Notes: generated by a model not told the origin, from the letters alone. A DNA stretch of 62,449 nt from a virus (IMGVR_UViG_3300034166_000053:1-62449); one strand, 5' to 3'. Numbered from the stretch's first letter, positions 26,744 to 36,267 are shown. Translations and numbers: made by a program.

Positions 26744-26997
26744 AACGGCCATACATCACTGAATACTTCACCGAGTCAGACGCCTCGGGCAAGAAACCCA
26801 TCAGCACAGGCTATGCCGCATCCGTGCGGGGAGCGCGTAGGAACATGGCGGTGCGCATCGTCCTCGGACAGTATGGGCTTGCCATAGTCGCTGAACGCAG
26901 TACCCGAGAAGTCCTGAGCGTCATGCGGCGCACGAAGGCAGGGCTGAGCATCAAGGACACAACCATTGAAGGAGACACCCATGCTGACCAACGCTGA
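26740..26997 (+). CDS. Hypothetical protein
   Basis: ATGA overlap with the upstream stop; MKRPYITEYF. Confidence 0.55.
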   Translation: MKRPYITEYFTESDASGKKPISTGYAASVRGARRNMAVRIVLGQYGLAIVAERSTREVLSVMRRTKAGLSIKDTTIEGDTHADQR

Positions 26998-27073
26998 AAT
27001 CGCCGTGCGCGTGGTGTTGCTGATCGCGCTGATCGTCCTCGGGCTGGACCTTTTCTACTGGAGGGCTGGCTAA
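26981..27073 (+). CDS. 30-aa single-TM peptide (absent from ORF track)
   Basis: GGAG RBS; MLTNAEIAVRVVLLIALIVLGLDLFYWRAG. Confidence 0.6.
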   Translation: MLTNAEIAVRVVLLIALIVLGLDLFYWRAG

Positions 27074-27116
27074 AAAATATTATGAGCGGAGTGAATAAAA
27101 AACTTGAGCGAATCGC

Positions 27117-27145
27117 TTGACTCAAATGTCAAGTAGTGTTATACT
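27117..27145 (+). promoter_or_regulatory. Sigma70 promoter with palindrome over the -35 box
   Basis: TTGACT-17bp-TATACT with extended -10; CTTGACTCAAATGTCAAG. Confidence 0.8.
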
Positions 27146-27229
27146 TATGTCTGGTGGGAAGGCGACCTATCAACAGCCTTAGTTAGCTGTCCACGGTGAC
27201 GTGGAATTTGAAACCAACTGGAGAAGATC

Positions 27230-28159
27230 ATGAACATGGAATTGCAAAAGCCCAAGCACATCATCAGCTTGGCAACCTCGGGTGTCCTCGTGAGCGTGGA
27301 CGTGAATGTGTGGTCTGCAACGAAGCAAGACCGTGGCATCAGCAACGAAATTGCTGGTGCAAAGAACGCCAATCAGAACGCGGGCAAGTACACCAAGAAT
27401 CTGCTGGCTGACCATCCCAAACACAAGGCGCTGGTGAACTACCGGCAGACCATCTACAACTGGGTTAAGCGGTCCACGTATCGGTGGAACAATAGCCAAG
27501 ACTATCTGCCCTCAGTCAACCTTGAGCGGTTCAAGCGTGAGTACAACAGCCACGAGCAGACATTTCAATCCCTGCTGGTCAGCTTCCTCAACGACTACGA
27601 CAACATCGTCAGCGACATGGCGTTCAAAGCTGCTGGTCTCGGGGACATGTTCGACCGCAACGACTACCCTAGCCGTGCGGCACTGGCATCAAAGTTCGGC
27701 CTGCGCCTTTTCGTGAGCGAAGTCCCCATGAACGACTTCCGATGCACCATCGCACAGGACATTGCTGACGACTTGTTCGAGACCTACAAGTCTCAGGCCG
27801 AGGAAATAGTGTCCCACGTGATGATGGAGCAGCAATCAAGGTTCATCGACGTCATGAAGTCCATTAGCCATTGCTGTGGCTACGACGAGCTTGGCATCGA
27901 CGACAACACGGGCGAGACCAAGATCAAGAAGCGCAAGATTTACGACACGACCATCCAGAAAGCCAAAGAGATGTGCGAGTCATTCAAAGAGTTCAACCTG
28001 ACCGACGACCCTGCCCTGGAGGAAGCACGTGCGTCATTGGAGAAAGCCTTGTCTGGCATTGATGCAGAGACGATCCGCGAGTCGGACGCTGTGCGCTCGG
28101 CAGTCAAGGAGGATGTGGACAGTATCCTGTCCAAGTTCGGCGCGTTTCAATGCGTCTGA
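27230..28159 (+). CDS. Helical protein (DUF3150-like) upstream of the AAA-vWA pair
   Basis: WSATKQD...KYTKNLL...FDRNDYP...FNLTDDPALE; family label recalled, not searched. Confidence 0.55.
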   Translation: MNMELQKPKHIISLATSGVLVSVDVNVWSATKQDRGISNEIAGAKNANQNAGKYTKNLLADHPKHKALVNYRQTIYNWVKRSTYRWNNSQDYLPSVNLERFKREYNSHEQTFQSLLVSFLNDYDNIVSDMAFKAAGLGDMFDRNDYPSRAALASKFGLRLFVSEVPMNDFRCTIAQDIADDLFETYKSQAEEIVSHVMMEQQSRFIDVMKSISHCCGYDELGIDDNTGETKIKKRKIYDTTIQKAKEMCESFKEFNLTDDPALEEARASLEKALSGIDAETIRESDAVRSAVKEDVDSILSKFGAFQCV

Positions 28160-28205
28160 AGTTATCAAAATATAAGTTCAACCTCAGTCAAGAAAGTTTT
28201 TTATC

Positions 28206-29339
28206 ATGTCTAAAGTTCAATTCGTCAACACCGTCACCATCAAAGAGTTGCGTACTCTGATTCCACTTATCAGTGGAGAGCTAACTCCGGTCATTCAGTC
28301 CGAGCCGGGCTGTGGCAAGACGTCTCTCTTGGCGATGATCGCTGCTGACAATGGCGACAAGTGGCGCTCCCCTGCTGACGGCACGAGCATCGAGGGTGAC
28401 AAGTACGACTACATCTACGTCGACTGCCCCGTCAAGGACATGTCGGACATCGGTATGACTATTCCCAACCATGCCACCAAGCAGTTGGAGTACTACGTCT
28501 CGACACTGTTCAATCTATCTGACCCCAAGCCCAAGTGCATCCTGCTCGACGAGTTCATGAAGTCACCCAAGCTGCTTCAGGTCATCTTCACCCGACTGAT
28601 GCTTGAGCGTATGGCTGGCGATGTGCCTCTGCCTGTGGGTGCTGACGGCAGGAAGTCTATGGTCTTTGCAACATCTAACAACGCATCGGACGGCGTGGGC
28701 GACAACATGCTGGCTCATGCGGGCAATCGCGTGTGTATCGTGCGCATGGCAAAGCCTACGCCTGATGAGTGGTTGGCATGGGCATCGGAGAACGGTATCT
28801 CTCGTGTCATCCGTGCGTGGGTCTCTATGTTCCCTCGTTGCTTGGCATCGTACATCGAAGGCGATGAGCAGAAGGACAACCCGTACATCTTCAAGCCATC
28901 AATGACGAGTCTCTCGTTTGTCTCTCCCCGCTCGTTGGCGAAGGCAGACGTGATCGTTCGTAACCGTGACACGCTGGGCGAGAACGCTACGAAGGTGGCG
29001 CTGGCTGGCACTATCGGTGCGGCAGCAGCCGGGGACATGGCGGCATTCCTCTCGCTTGAGAAGTCTCTGACTGATGTGAAGGACATCATCAAGACGCCGG
29101 AGTCCATTGAGATTCCCAAGGACGTCAGCGCGCAGTTGATGATTATGTTTCAGGCAGTAGATGTGCTGACGACACAGGACGAGTTGACCAAGTTCATGCT
29201 GTTCGTCGAGCGTATTCCCTCTCACGAGGTTCAGGCTGTGTTCTTCACCATGATGATGCGCAATCCCAAGGCGCTGCGCTTGGCGCGGAACAACCAGAAG
29301 ATTGCTGAGTGGGCCAAGAACAACCACGAGATGTTCTGA
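28206..29339 (+). CDS. MoxR-type AAA+ ATPase
   Basis: Walker A SEPGCGKT, Walker B ILLDEF, sensor ATSN, NR finger, SPRS. Confidence 0.85.
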   Translation: MSKVQFVNTVTIKELRTLIPLISGELTPVIQSEPGCGKTSLLAMIAADNGDKWRSPADGTSIEGDKYDYIYVDCPVKDMSDIGMTIPNHATKQLEYYVSTLFNLSDPKPKCILLDEFMKSPKLLQVIFTRLMLERMAGDVPLPVGADGRKSMVFATSNNASDGVGDNMLAHAGNRVCIVRMAKPTPDEWLAWASENGISRVIRAWVSMFPRCLASYIEGDEQKDNPYIFKPSMTSLSFVSPRSLAKADVIVRNRDTLGENATKVALAGTIGAAAAGDMAAFLSLEKSLTDVKDIIKTPESIEIPKDVSAQLMIMFQAVDVLTTQDELTKFMLFVERIPSHEVQAVFFTMMMRNPKALRLARNNQKIAEWAKNNHEMF

Positions 29340-29390
29340 GTATCGCCCCACGGTCACGTGGGGTCCTAATCAACGAAGGAAGGAAGTGAC

Positions 29391-29576
29391 ATGGAAGTCA
29401 CCATGACAGAGCTTGCCCTTTTCATTTGGGCTATCGCAGCAACGGCAGCGTGGCAGCAGTCCAAGCATGATCTAAGAATGCATAAGTTCATGACTGCTGA
29501 ACTGCTCCATCGCATCGCCAAGGGCAAGATGAAAGTAATCGAGTCGGAAGATTCATTTGAGTTCAAGGAGGTCTGA
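29391..29576 (+). CDS. Small membrane-anchored protein
   Basis: Hydrophobic N-terminus; sits between the AAA and vWA genes. Confidence 0.5.
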   Translation: MEVTMTELALFIWAIAATAAWQQSKHDLRMHKFMTAELLHRIAKGKMKVIESEDSFEFKEV

Positions 29577-29577
29577 T

Positions 29578-30888
29578 ATGCCGAAGCAAGAGACACGAGT
29601 CAAACGCGCACACGTTGCGCTGATGAAGCATCCAGAGACGGCGCTGTACTCAGGCGTGATGCTCATGGGCACGAGCGAGGTGGTCGATGCGGCGTTCACC
29701 GCATACACCGATGGCATAAACAAACGCTACAGCAGGGCGTTCTTGGAGACGATCACCGACGAGGCCAAGTGTCGAGGTCTGATCCTGCACGAGAACCTGC
29801 ACGTAGCGCTCAAGCAAGTTCCCTATGGTCGGGGGATGTTCAAAGAGAACGCGAAGATGGCGAACCTTGCGGCCGACTTTGTTGTCAACGACATCATTGA
29901 GAACATCAAAGGAACAATCGGTGGTTCATCCGAGCCTATCGTGCGCCTGCCTGATGGTGCTGTGCATGACGACATGTTTCACAACTGGTCGATGCGCGAG
30001 GTCTACAACTATCTCAAGCAACACGCCAAGCCGTGCCCCAAGCCACCGAAAGGCCAGAAGGGTCAGAAGGGTCAGAAGGGTGAAGGCGACGACCCAAGTA
30101 GCGATCCACCGGAGGGTGGAGGCCAAGGCAATGGTGACGAGTGGGACACCGTTACAGTCAACGGCAAGACCTATGACATCTCTCAGCAAGACGAGCATGA
30201 CTTTGACAAGATGCTTGACGGCATGAGCCACGAGGAGGTCAAAGAGATCAACGATGCGATAGACAAGGCTCTGCGTGAGGGTGGAATGCTGGCTGGGCGC
30301 ATGGGTGCGAAAGTGCCCCGTGTCATCTCAGAGTTGCTCAAGCCGAAGGTTGATTGGCGCGAGGCCCTGCGTGACTTTGTGTCTTCATCCATGAAGGGCA
30401 AGGACGAGTTCACTTGGCGGCGCCTCAACAAGCGGCAGATGGCTAACGACATTTATCTGCCAAGCGTGGAGAACGAGACTATCGGTGAGGTCATCATCGC
30501 CATCGACACATCAGGCTCGATTGGTTTGCAGCAGCTTGCTGAGTTCGCCTCAGAACTGGTATCTATCTGCGACCTTTGTGCGCCCGAGAAGGTTCGGGTG
30601 TTGTGGTGGGACACGGCTGTGCATGGTGAGCAAGTCTTTGTAGACAACTATCAGAACATCGCGGGTCTGCTCAAGCCGCAAGGCGGCGGTGGTACTCACG
30701 CTGGGTGCGTGGCTGACTACATCAACAAGGAAAAGCTGCAAGCTGAGTGCGTCATCATGTTCACCGATGGCTACGTTGAGAGCGATGTCAAGTGGAACAT
30801 CAGCAGTCCAACCCTGTGGATGGTGACGCAGAACTTTAGCTTCTCACCACCGAGTGGATCGAAAGTTGTCCATGTCAGAGACGACTGA
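29578..30888 (+). CDS. Metallopeptidase-vWA protein (DUF2201-like)
   Basis: TAYTDG, HENLH (HExxH), NLAADFVVN, MIDAS motif IAIDTSGS, GGGGT, FTDGY. Confidence 0.85.
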   Translation: MPKQETRVKRAHVALMKHPETALYSGVMLMGTSEVVDAAFTAYTDGINKRYSRAFLETITDEAKCRGLILHENLHVALKQVPYGRGMFKENAKMANLAADFVVNDIIENIKGTIGGSSEPIVRLPDGAVHDDMFHNWSMREVYNYLKQHAKPCPKPPKGQKGQKGQKGEGDDPSSDPPEGGGQGNGDEWDTVTVNGKTYDISQQDEHDFDKMLDGMSHEEVKEINDAIDKALREGGMLAGRMGAKVPRVISELLKPKVDWREALRDFVSSSMKGKDEFTWRRLNKRQMANDIYLPSVENETIGEVIIAIDTSGSIGLQQLAEFASELVSICDLCAPEKVRVLWWDTAVHGEQVFVDNYQNIAGLLKPQGGGGTHAGCVADYINKEKLQAECVIMFTDGYVESDVKWNISSPTLWMVTQNFSFSPPSGSKVVHVRDD

Positions 30889-31162
30889 CCTCGACGCAAT
30901 CATGACTCAGATGTACAAGTCTCTTGCATACCTGAACGCCATTGATGAAGGCAGAAAGCTCCACATGGATGACCGCAACATCACTGACCCGCGCAGGGCA
31001 CGCATAACGAAACAGATCGCTGAGTTTCTTATCGACACCCACGGTCCCTCTGCGCATTTCCAAGCGCTGAAGGAACTAGAGGCTGAAACCATGTCCAAAG
31101 ACATGTGGCGCGATGTGCTGTCATGGCTGGACGATCTAACGAAAGAAGGAGAGAAGAAATGA
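30872..31162 (+). CDS. Hypothetical protein
   Basis: Packed ORF in the early operon. Confidence 0.55.
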   Translation: MSETTDLDAIMTQMYKSLAYLNAIDEGRKLHMDDRNITDPRRARITKQIAEFLIDTHGPSAHFQALKELEAETMSKDMWRDVLSWLDDLTKEGEKK

Positions 31163-32175
31163 TACTGAGCTATCAACGACTCACAAGGACCACGCTTGGG
31201 ACTCCACCCTATCGTGGATCGACAAACAGGTTCCCGCTCGTGAACAGGCGGCAGAACAGGAAATACTTTCTTGTGCGAGAGGAAGACGGCAAGAAGGTCT
31301 TTGACATCGTGTACGGGCAGAACTGGGACGTGCAGAAGCTGACTGAGGAGCAAGCTGAAGCCCTGAAGAAGGCGAACAAAAATGCGTCGATTGGACAGTC
31401 TGCGGAAGGGTACTACACGTATGTGGCGCGACCGCGCATCGTAGGCACGGTGTATCCGGGCGAGACACCCGAGGGCGAGTTTGAGTTCAACGCCAATGGG
31501 TACGGTCAGGGTGACAGGATGTTCTTCTCAGACATGTTTCGTGGGGGATGGTTCTCTACAAACTCACGCAAGGGTGGAATGATATTTAGAAGCAGGATGG
31601 ATGGCGGGCACAGGACTTATCCGATCTATCGTGGGATGCGCGTCAACGCACAGACCATGCAACCCATCAAGCCGTATGAGATTGTTGTCAGCCAAGTGGA
31701 CCGCAAGAAATCGAAGTTCGCCATAGCCGAGTACGCGCACTTCTTCAAGGTCTCGGAGGTGATGCTCAAGGCGATGAGCATTGCGCAAGTGATAGATATG
31801 GCACAGCAGCTTTTAGAGGAGAAGAAAGTCCCCGACCACTATGGCGACGTCTTTCAGGACTCGTGCTTCCTTGAAGGCGAGAAACTCATAAACGATGCGC
31901 CGCTCGATGCGTTCGTCTGGTTCACGCTTGGCTACGGGGTCGGTCGGATTCTGTACCGCGCTGTTGGGCGTTCGCTTGGGCCAAGGTCTAACGATGAGTA
32001 CTCTGCCTATGACGAACTGTTCATGCCGGTCAAGCGCAGGCTCGTCAAAGACATCTACGTGCAAAACCCAGAAATCTTCAAGGAGATCACTTACCGGATG
32101 GGCGACGACATACCGGGGAGCGATTGGGGTATGAAGGTCATCGTCGATGGCAAAGAAGTGGAGCAGTACACATGA
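31159..32175 (+). CDS. Hypothetical protein
   Basis: GGAG RBS and ATGA coupling, 338 aa. Confidence 0.7.
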   Translation: MILSYQRLTRTTLGTPPYRGSTNRFPLVNRRQNRKYFLVREEDGKKVFDIVYGQNWDVQKLTEEQAEALKKANKNASIGQSAEGYYTYVARPRIVGTVYPGETPEGEFEFNANGYGQGDRMFFSDMFRGGWFSTNSRKGGMIFRSRMDGGHRTYPIYRGMRVNAQTMQPIKPYEIVVSQVDRKKSKFAIAEYAHFFKVSEVMLKAMSIAQVIDMAQQLLEEKKVPDHYGDVFQDSCFLEGEKLINDAPLDAFVWFTLGYGVGRILYRAVGRSLGPRSNDEYSAYDELFMPVKRRLVKDIYVQNPEIFKEITYRMGDDIPGSDWGMKVIVDGKEVEQYT

Positions 32176-32462
32176 GCGGTTTGTTTATTGATGAAGCATG
32201 CTTTGAGAGAGGGTGCGCGTGTTACGACCCACGAGAGGGTGGAAAGGTAATCATAGTGCCCGTGAAAGAAATCACAGTCGAGATTCGGGATGTCTATGGG
32301 CAGACGAAGTTCTATCCGCACTGCGAGGGCGCAAAGGTGTTTGCCAGCATCGCGGGTACGACGACTCTGACTGAGCAGAACATCAGACGAATCATGCAGC
32401 TAGGCTACAAGGTCAAGACCTTGCAGCGTCCCGTTGAGTTTATTGAAGGAGAGATGAAATGA
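32172..32462 (+). CDS. Hypothetical protein
   Basis: VYGQTKFYPHCEGAKVFASIAGTTTLT; ATGA coupling. Confidence 0.6.
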   Translation: MSGLFIDEACFERGCACYDPREGGKVIIVPVKEITVEIRDVYGQTKFYPHCEGAKVFASIAGTTTLTEQNIRRIMQLGYKVKTLQRPVEFIEGEMK

Positions 32463-33373
32463 CAGTAGAAAGATTTTTTCTTGAGCACTTTCGTGATGAG
32501 GCAATGTACCAAGAACTGTACAACTCACCTTTGTTTCCATTGGTGCGTGAACTCCAATTCAAGTTCGGCCTGAAGGTCATTCGCAATGTCGCTGGTGCGT
32601 GGCTGCTCGGTCATAGCAACGGCATCGCTGTCGGCAAAGTGTTTATCAAGACAATCGACGACAAGCCTACGTATTGCTTCCGTTCACCGTTCTACCAAAA
32701 GGAGCGTGGCAGTAGCCGAGAGGACAGAGAGATTATCCGTAGCGGGAAAATCTCATCGCTGATTGCTACGCTGTCCCGGTGCAAGGTCATCCCTGCCGCG
32801 ACTGATATGGAGACAAAGAAGGCCAAGCAAGTAGGCACTGCCCAAGAGATTCTTAAGAAATCATTGGGCGAGAGCAGGAAGACAGGCGAGTTCACCGCTG
32901 ATGAGACACACGCCCTTTTGTTGATGGCTCTAGGTAGAAATCCTAATAGTGAGTGGGTGAAAGTAGACCAAAATAAATGTCAATCAGTTCTTGACAAATA
33001 CGAAGAAGCTGATAGAGTAAGGAAGGTCAAGGTTGAAGAAGGTGAGCGCATGTTCTTCAACCCGTACTGGATGATCGGTGTGGACGAGTTTGGCGACTAC
33101 CTGATCGGCAAGTACAAGTTAACCAAATCAGTTGATGGAGTCTTAAGATGTCACGCAATGCAAAGTTTCAGTCGCTATCGCTCGTATGAGCAAGTACCAG
33201 AACTCATCCCGCTGATGACTATGGTGAAAGTCGCGTACGAGAACCACGGGCGCAATTGCGGTGTCTTGCCCACCACAGATGCCTATGACGCATCGCTCGA
33301 CTCGGTGTTCTTCTACAACACGTCTCCGACCCACTACGACCATGTGTGGATGGTTACCCCATGCTCCACTTGA
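32459..33373 (+). CDS. Hypothetical protein
   Basis: GGAG RBS, ATGA coupling, 304 aa. Confidence 0.7.
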   Translation: MTVERFFLEHFRDEAMYQELYNSPLFPLVRELQFKFGLKVIRNVAGAWLLGHSNGIAVGKVFIKTIDDKPTYCFRSPFYQKERGSSREDREIIRSGKISSLIATLSRCKVIPAATDMETKKAKQVGTAQEILKKSLGESRKTGEFTADETHALLLMALGRNPNSEWVKVDQNKCQSVLDKYEEADRVRKVKVEEGERMFFNPYWMIGVDEFGDYLIGKYKLTKSVDGVLRCHAMQSFSRYRSYEQVPELIPLMTMVKVAYENHGRNCGVLPTTDAYDASLDSVFFYNTSPTHYDHVWMVTPCST

Positions 33374-33759
33374 TTGGACACCTAAGCCCTGTTGTTCACC
33401 CAAGGAAGTGGGACCTCATACGGGTCCCTCTGCGCAGAATCGAGGACCGATACATCGTCTATGTGGCTGATGGCTTGGTGCGGTACTACGACGAGGACAC
33501 ATTGCCTGACTTGCTCAAAACGAAGATGGCGATGATCCTTGCGGCGTCTAACCAATTGCTTGAACACGAGGCGCGACTGCAAAAACTGTCTATCTACGTC
33601 AACCCCATGTCGGCAGACTTTGATGACATTGGCTGGCGCGTGAGTGAGACGTACTTCTGCTTGGTCATGGACAGAGAAACATTGGAATCATTGAAAGGAG
33701 GAACAAGTGGCACAGACACCCGAGGGCAAAGTCAAGGACAAGATCAAGGTGATTCTTAA
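33361..33759 (+). CDS. Hypothetical protein
   Basis: Packed ORF. Confidence 0.6.
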   Translation: MLHLIGHLSPVVHPRKWDLIRVPLRRIEDRYIVYVADGLVRYYDEDTLPDLLKTKMAMILAASNQLLEHEARLQKLSIYVNPMSADFDDIGWRVSETYFCLVMDRETLESLKGGTSGTDTRGQSQGQDQGDS

Positions 33760-34018
33760 GCGATATGGCGTCTATCACGTGATGCCGATTGGCACAGGCT
33801 ACGGCAATGCGGGTGTGCCTGACTTCATATGTTGCGTCCCACCTCGGGGTGGATTCTTAGCTATCGAGGCCAAGGCCAACGGGGGCAAGACGACCGCGCT
33901 CCAAGACAAGAACATTGATGAGATTCTTGTGCGTGGTGGCGAAGCGGTTGTCATCGACGAACACGGATTTGCAACTCTGGAGGAACTACTGAAACAAATG
34001 ACTGGAAAGAAACAATGA
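33707..34018 (+). CDS. VRR-NUC nuclease
   Basis: TPEGKVK, GVPDFI, IEAKA...TALQ. Confidence 0.85.
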   Translation: MAQTPEGKVKDKIKVILKRYGVYHVMPIGTGYGNAGVPDFICCVPPRGGFLAIEAKANGGKTTALQDKNIDEILVRGGEAVVIDEHGFATLEELLKQMTGKKQ

Positions 34019-34218
34019 CTGACGAAGACCGAAGTAACTTGCGAGACCTGCATGCAGGGTTCGCCATGCTTGGATTGATTATGAAAGGAGAAGAGCCGCA
34101 GAACATACCAACGCTGGCGTACATGTACGCCGATGACATGCAATCAGCACGAACTCAGCATGGGGCTGGGATTGTGTCTATCAAACGCCAAACCAAGAAG
34201 GAGAAGGCAAGTGAGTAA
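34015..34218 (+). CDS. Small hypothetical protein
   Basis: LRDLHAGFAM...AYMYADDM, related to 35900-36097. Confidence 0.6.
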   Translation: MTDEDRSNLRDLHAGFAMLGLIMKGEEPQNIPTLAYMYADDMQSARTQHGAGIVSIKRQTKKEKASE

Positions 34219-34645
34219 ACATAGACTTAGTGAAACAGTCAGGATGATGATGAAGGACCGCACTCTCACCGCAGATCAGGTGATGAAGAAGTTCAACGTC
34301 AAGAAGCAGTACGCATACAACTTGATGTCGATGGCTCGGCGGCAGATGCGTGAACTTGGCATAGAAAAAGTGCCAGTCGTACCACCTGCGCCAGTTCAGC
34401 AGATCGAGTTGCCTGTGGTTCTTGTGGACGAGACTCCACGCGAGGATGTCGTCAATCATCCATCGCACTACAAAGTGGGCGGCATTGAGACCATCGACTT
34501 TATTGAGGCGAAGCAACTCAACTACCACTTGGGCAATGTCGTCAAGTACATCACCCGAGCAGACCACTAGGGTTCGCGCCTTGAGAATCTGAAGAAGGCT
34601 GAGTGGTATCTCAAACGAGAAATCGAGAACGCAGCAGCCCACTGA
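34211..34645 (+). pseudogene. HTH plus DUF3310-like protein interrupted by an in-frame TAG (34568-34570)
   Basis: VNHPSHY..GGIETIDFIE...GNVVKYITRADH*GSRLENLKKAEWYL; the domain continues in frame past the stop. Confidence 0.75.
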
Positions 34646-34722
34646 CCCCCGAATCAACCTAGCATTCCATGTCCACGTGGAACGCTAGGTTGATGCCAGT
34701 TCTCTAATTTTGGAGATTAACG

Positions 34723-35154
34723 ATGGAAACAGGAACTGCGATTCTGATTGAACGCATGAAGACAAACCCCGAGGAATTCTTTGATGATGTGTACACCGGC
34801 AAGTGGCACAGAGTGTTGGACATGGCGAATGCCTGTTTGCCCGAAAAAGACAAACGCGCAATCAAAGAAGCCCGAAACCGCATGTACATTGATCAATTTA
34901 ACGAGTTGGTGCTCAGGACTCTAGCGGGTGAGGTAGAGCAAGACGAAGGGACCCTGACAATCAAATCAAAAGGGAGATACGTGACAGGCGGGAACGACCC
35001 ACGGCAAATGCATGCTGCCCAACAGGCTTTGAACAACATCACTCCAGGGTCAGTCATCACCGGAGCAAACGGTACATCAGCCGCTGATATTCTTTTCCAG
35101 CCTAGCGCGTTCGGTGCTGTGCCCGTGTCAACGTATTCATCGGGGGAATCATGA
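34723..35154 (+). CDS. Hypothetical protein
   Basis: GGAG RBS; ILIERMKTNPEEF. Confidence 0.65.
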   Translation: METGTAILIERMKTNPEEFFDDVYTGKWHRVLDMANACLPEKDKRAIKEARNRMYIDQFNELVLRTLAGEVEQDEGTLTIKSKGRYVTGGNDPRQMHAAQQALNNITPGSVITGANGTSAADILFQPSAFGAVPVSTYSSGES

Positions 35155-35627
35155 TCGAGCAGTTGCAACCGTACCGTGACGCATGGCGGCACACCATTGA
35201 GGACGAGGGCGGCTACTGCCCCGTGTGTGCCCGCTGGGGGAAGATTTACGGGCGCTCGCTCAACGAGACAATGGCCCGCTCGCTGATCTGGCTCGTGTCC
35301 ACACCGCTAGAGAATGGCTGGGTCGATGTCCCGCTCAAGGGGCCGCGCTGGCTGGTGCGTTCTAATCAGCTTCCCACGCTCAAGTGGTGGGGTCTCGTAG
35401 AGCGATGCCCTGCTGACGAGAAAGCCAAGATCAAGCACTCGGGGCTGTGGAGGCCAACCGACCTTGGTTACGACTTTGTTAGGTCAGCCGTGCGCGTCCC
35501 GAAGAAAGTGTTCACGTACAACGACCAAGTCGAAGCACAAAGCACCGAGACCGTGTCCATAGATCAATGCTTTAACACCCACTTTGACTATCAAGAAGTC
35601 ATGAACTCACACTTTGCAAAACCATGA
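35151..35627 (+). CDS. Zn-ribbon plus winged-helix-like protein
   Basis: CPVC...LKWWGLVE...GLWRPTDLG. Confidence 0.6.
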   Translation: MIEQLQPYRDAWRHTIEDEGGYCPVCARWGKIYGRSLNETMARSLIWLVSTPLENGWVDVPLKGPRWLVRSNQLPTLKWWGLVERCPADEKAKIKHSGLWRPTDLGYDFVRSAVRVPKKVFTYNDQVEAQSTETVSIDQCFNTHFDYQEVMNSHFAKP

Positions 35628-35803
35628 AGTGCCCCCTCTGCAACGCCCCCACAGAAGTTCAAAGCACACTGAAGGACGAGAATGGATTACCCATCAGAAG
35701 ACGCCATTGCTTCAACGACCACACCTTCCTCACCAAAGAGCAAGCGATCACGCAACCAAAACCCAAACGAAAGCAAAAGGGTTCTGAGCCAAGAGGAACT
35801 TAA
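35624..35803 (+). CDS. NrdR-like Zn-ribbon protein (59 aa, absent from ORF track)
   Basis: MKCPLC...RRRHCFNDHTFLTKE; ATGA coupling. Confidence 0.65.
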   Translation: MKCPLCNAPTEVQSTLKDENGLPIRRRHCFNDHTFLTKEQAITQPKPKRKQKGSEPRGT

Positions 35804-35899
35804 GGCATGGTGGCCCTTCACACGCTTGGACCCTCGTCGCTTTCCGAAGCAGCCCTCTGTCTATGAGACTGCTGAACCAGCACCTTTTTAGGAGAACAC

Positions 35900-36097
35900 A
35901 TGGATAAAGACACAGGCGGGCCAGCGTTTCCAAGTCAGAGGGAACACACAACCAAAGAAGGCATGACCCTGCGCGACTACTTCGCGGCTAAGGCGATGTA
36001 TGGTTTTGTTGCCAACGGCAGCACGAACGTGCAAGAGATTGCTCAGGCTTCGTACATCGTGGCTGATGCCATGCTCAAGGCAAGGGGGCAAGCATGA
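35900..36097 (+). CDS. Small hypothetical protein
   Basis: GGPAFP...GMTLRDYFAAKAM...ADAMLKAR, a common phage family. Confidence 0.75.
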   Translation: MDKDTGGPAFPSQREHTTKEGMTLRDYFAAKAMYGFVANGSTNVQEIAQASYIVADAMLKARGQA

Positions 36098-36267
36098 CCA
36101 AAGATGACGACGACACCCTGTGCTACCGCTCCGAGCTTGAGGCGGCGGTGAAGGCCGAGCGCGAGGCGTGTGCGCAGGTGTGCGATGCGTTTGAAAGTGA
36201 TTCAGACACAGATGCGGGTGCAGTGCTTGCCGCAGCCATCCGAGCAAGGGGGCAAGCATGTACCTGA
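36094..36267 (+). CDS. Small hypothetical protein (absent from ORF track)
   Basis: AEREACAQVCD...AAAIRARGQ. Confidence 0.65.
   Translation: MTKDDDDTLCYRSELEAAVKAEREACAQVCDAFESDSDTDAGAVLAAAIRARGQACT

Noticed and set aside
30049-30084. Collagen-like KGQKGQKGQKGE repeat
   Set aside because: Only four triplets, arising from a 9-bp slippage repeat in the disordered linker of the vWA protein
34568-34570. Genome-wide TAG recoding
   Set aside because: TAG ends credible genes (13294-13542, lysozyme at 62313), other genes are uninterrupted and no suppressor tRNA was seen
35682-35891. ORF ending WWPFTRLDP...APF
   Set aside because: Overlaps the better-supported Zn-ribbon gene by about 120 bp and lacks a clear start; its 3' part may be coding but I cannot support it
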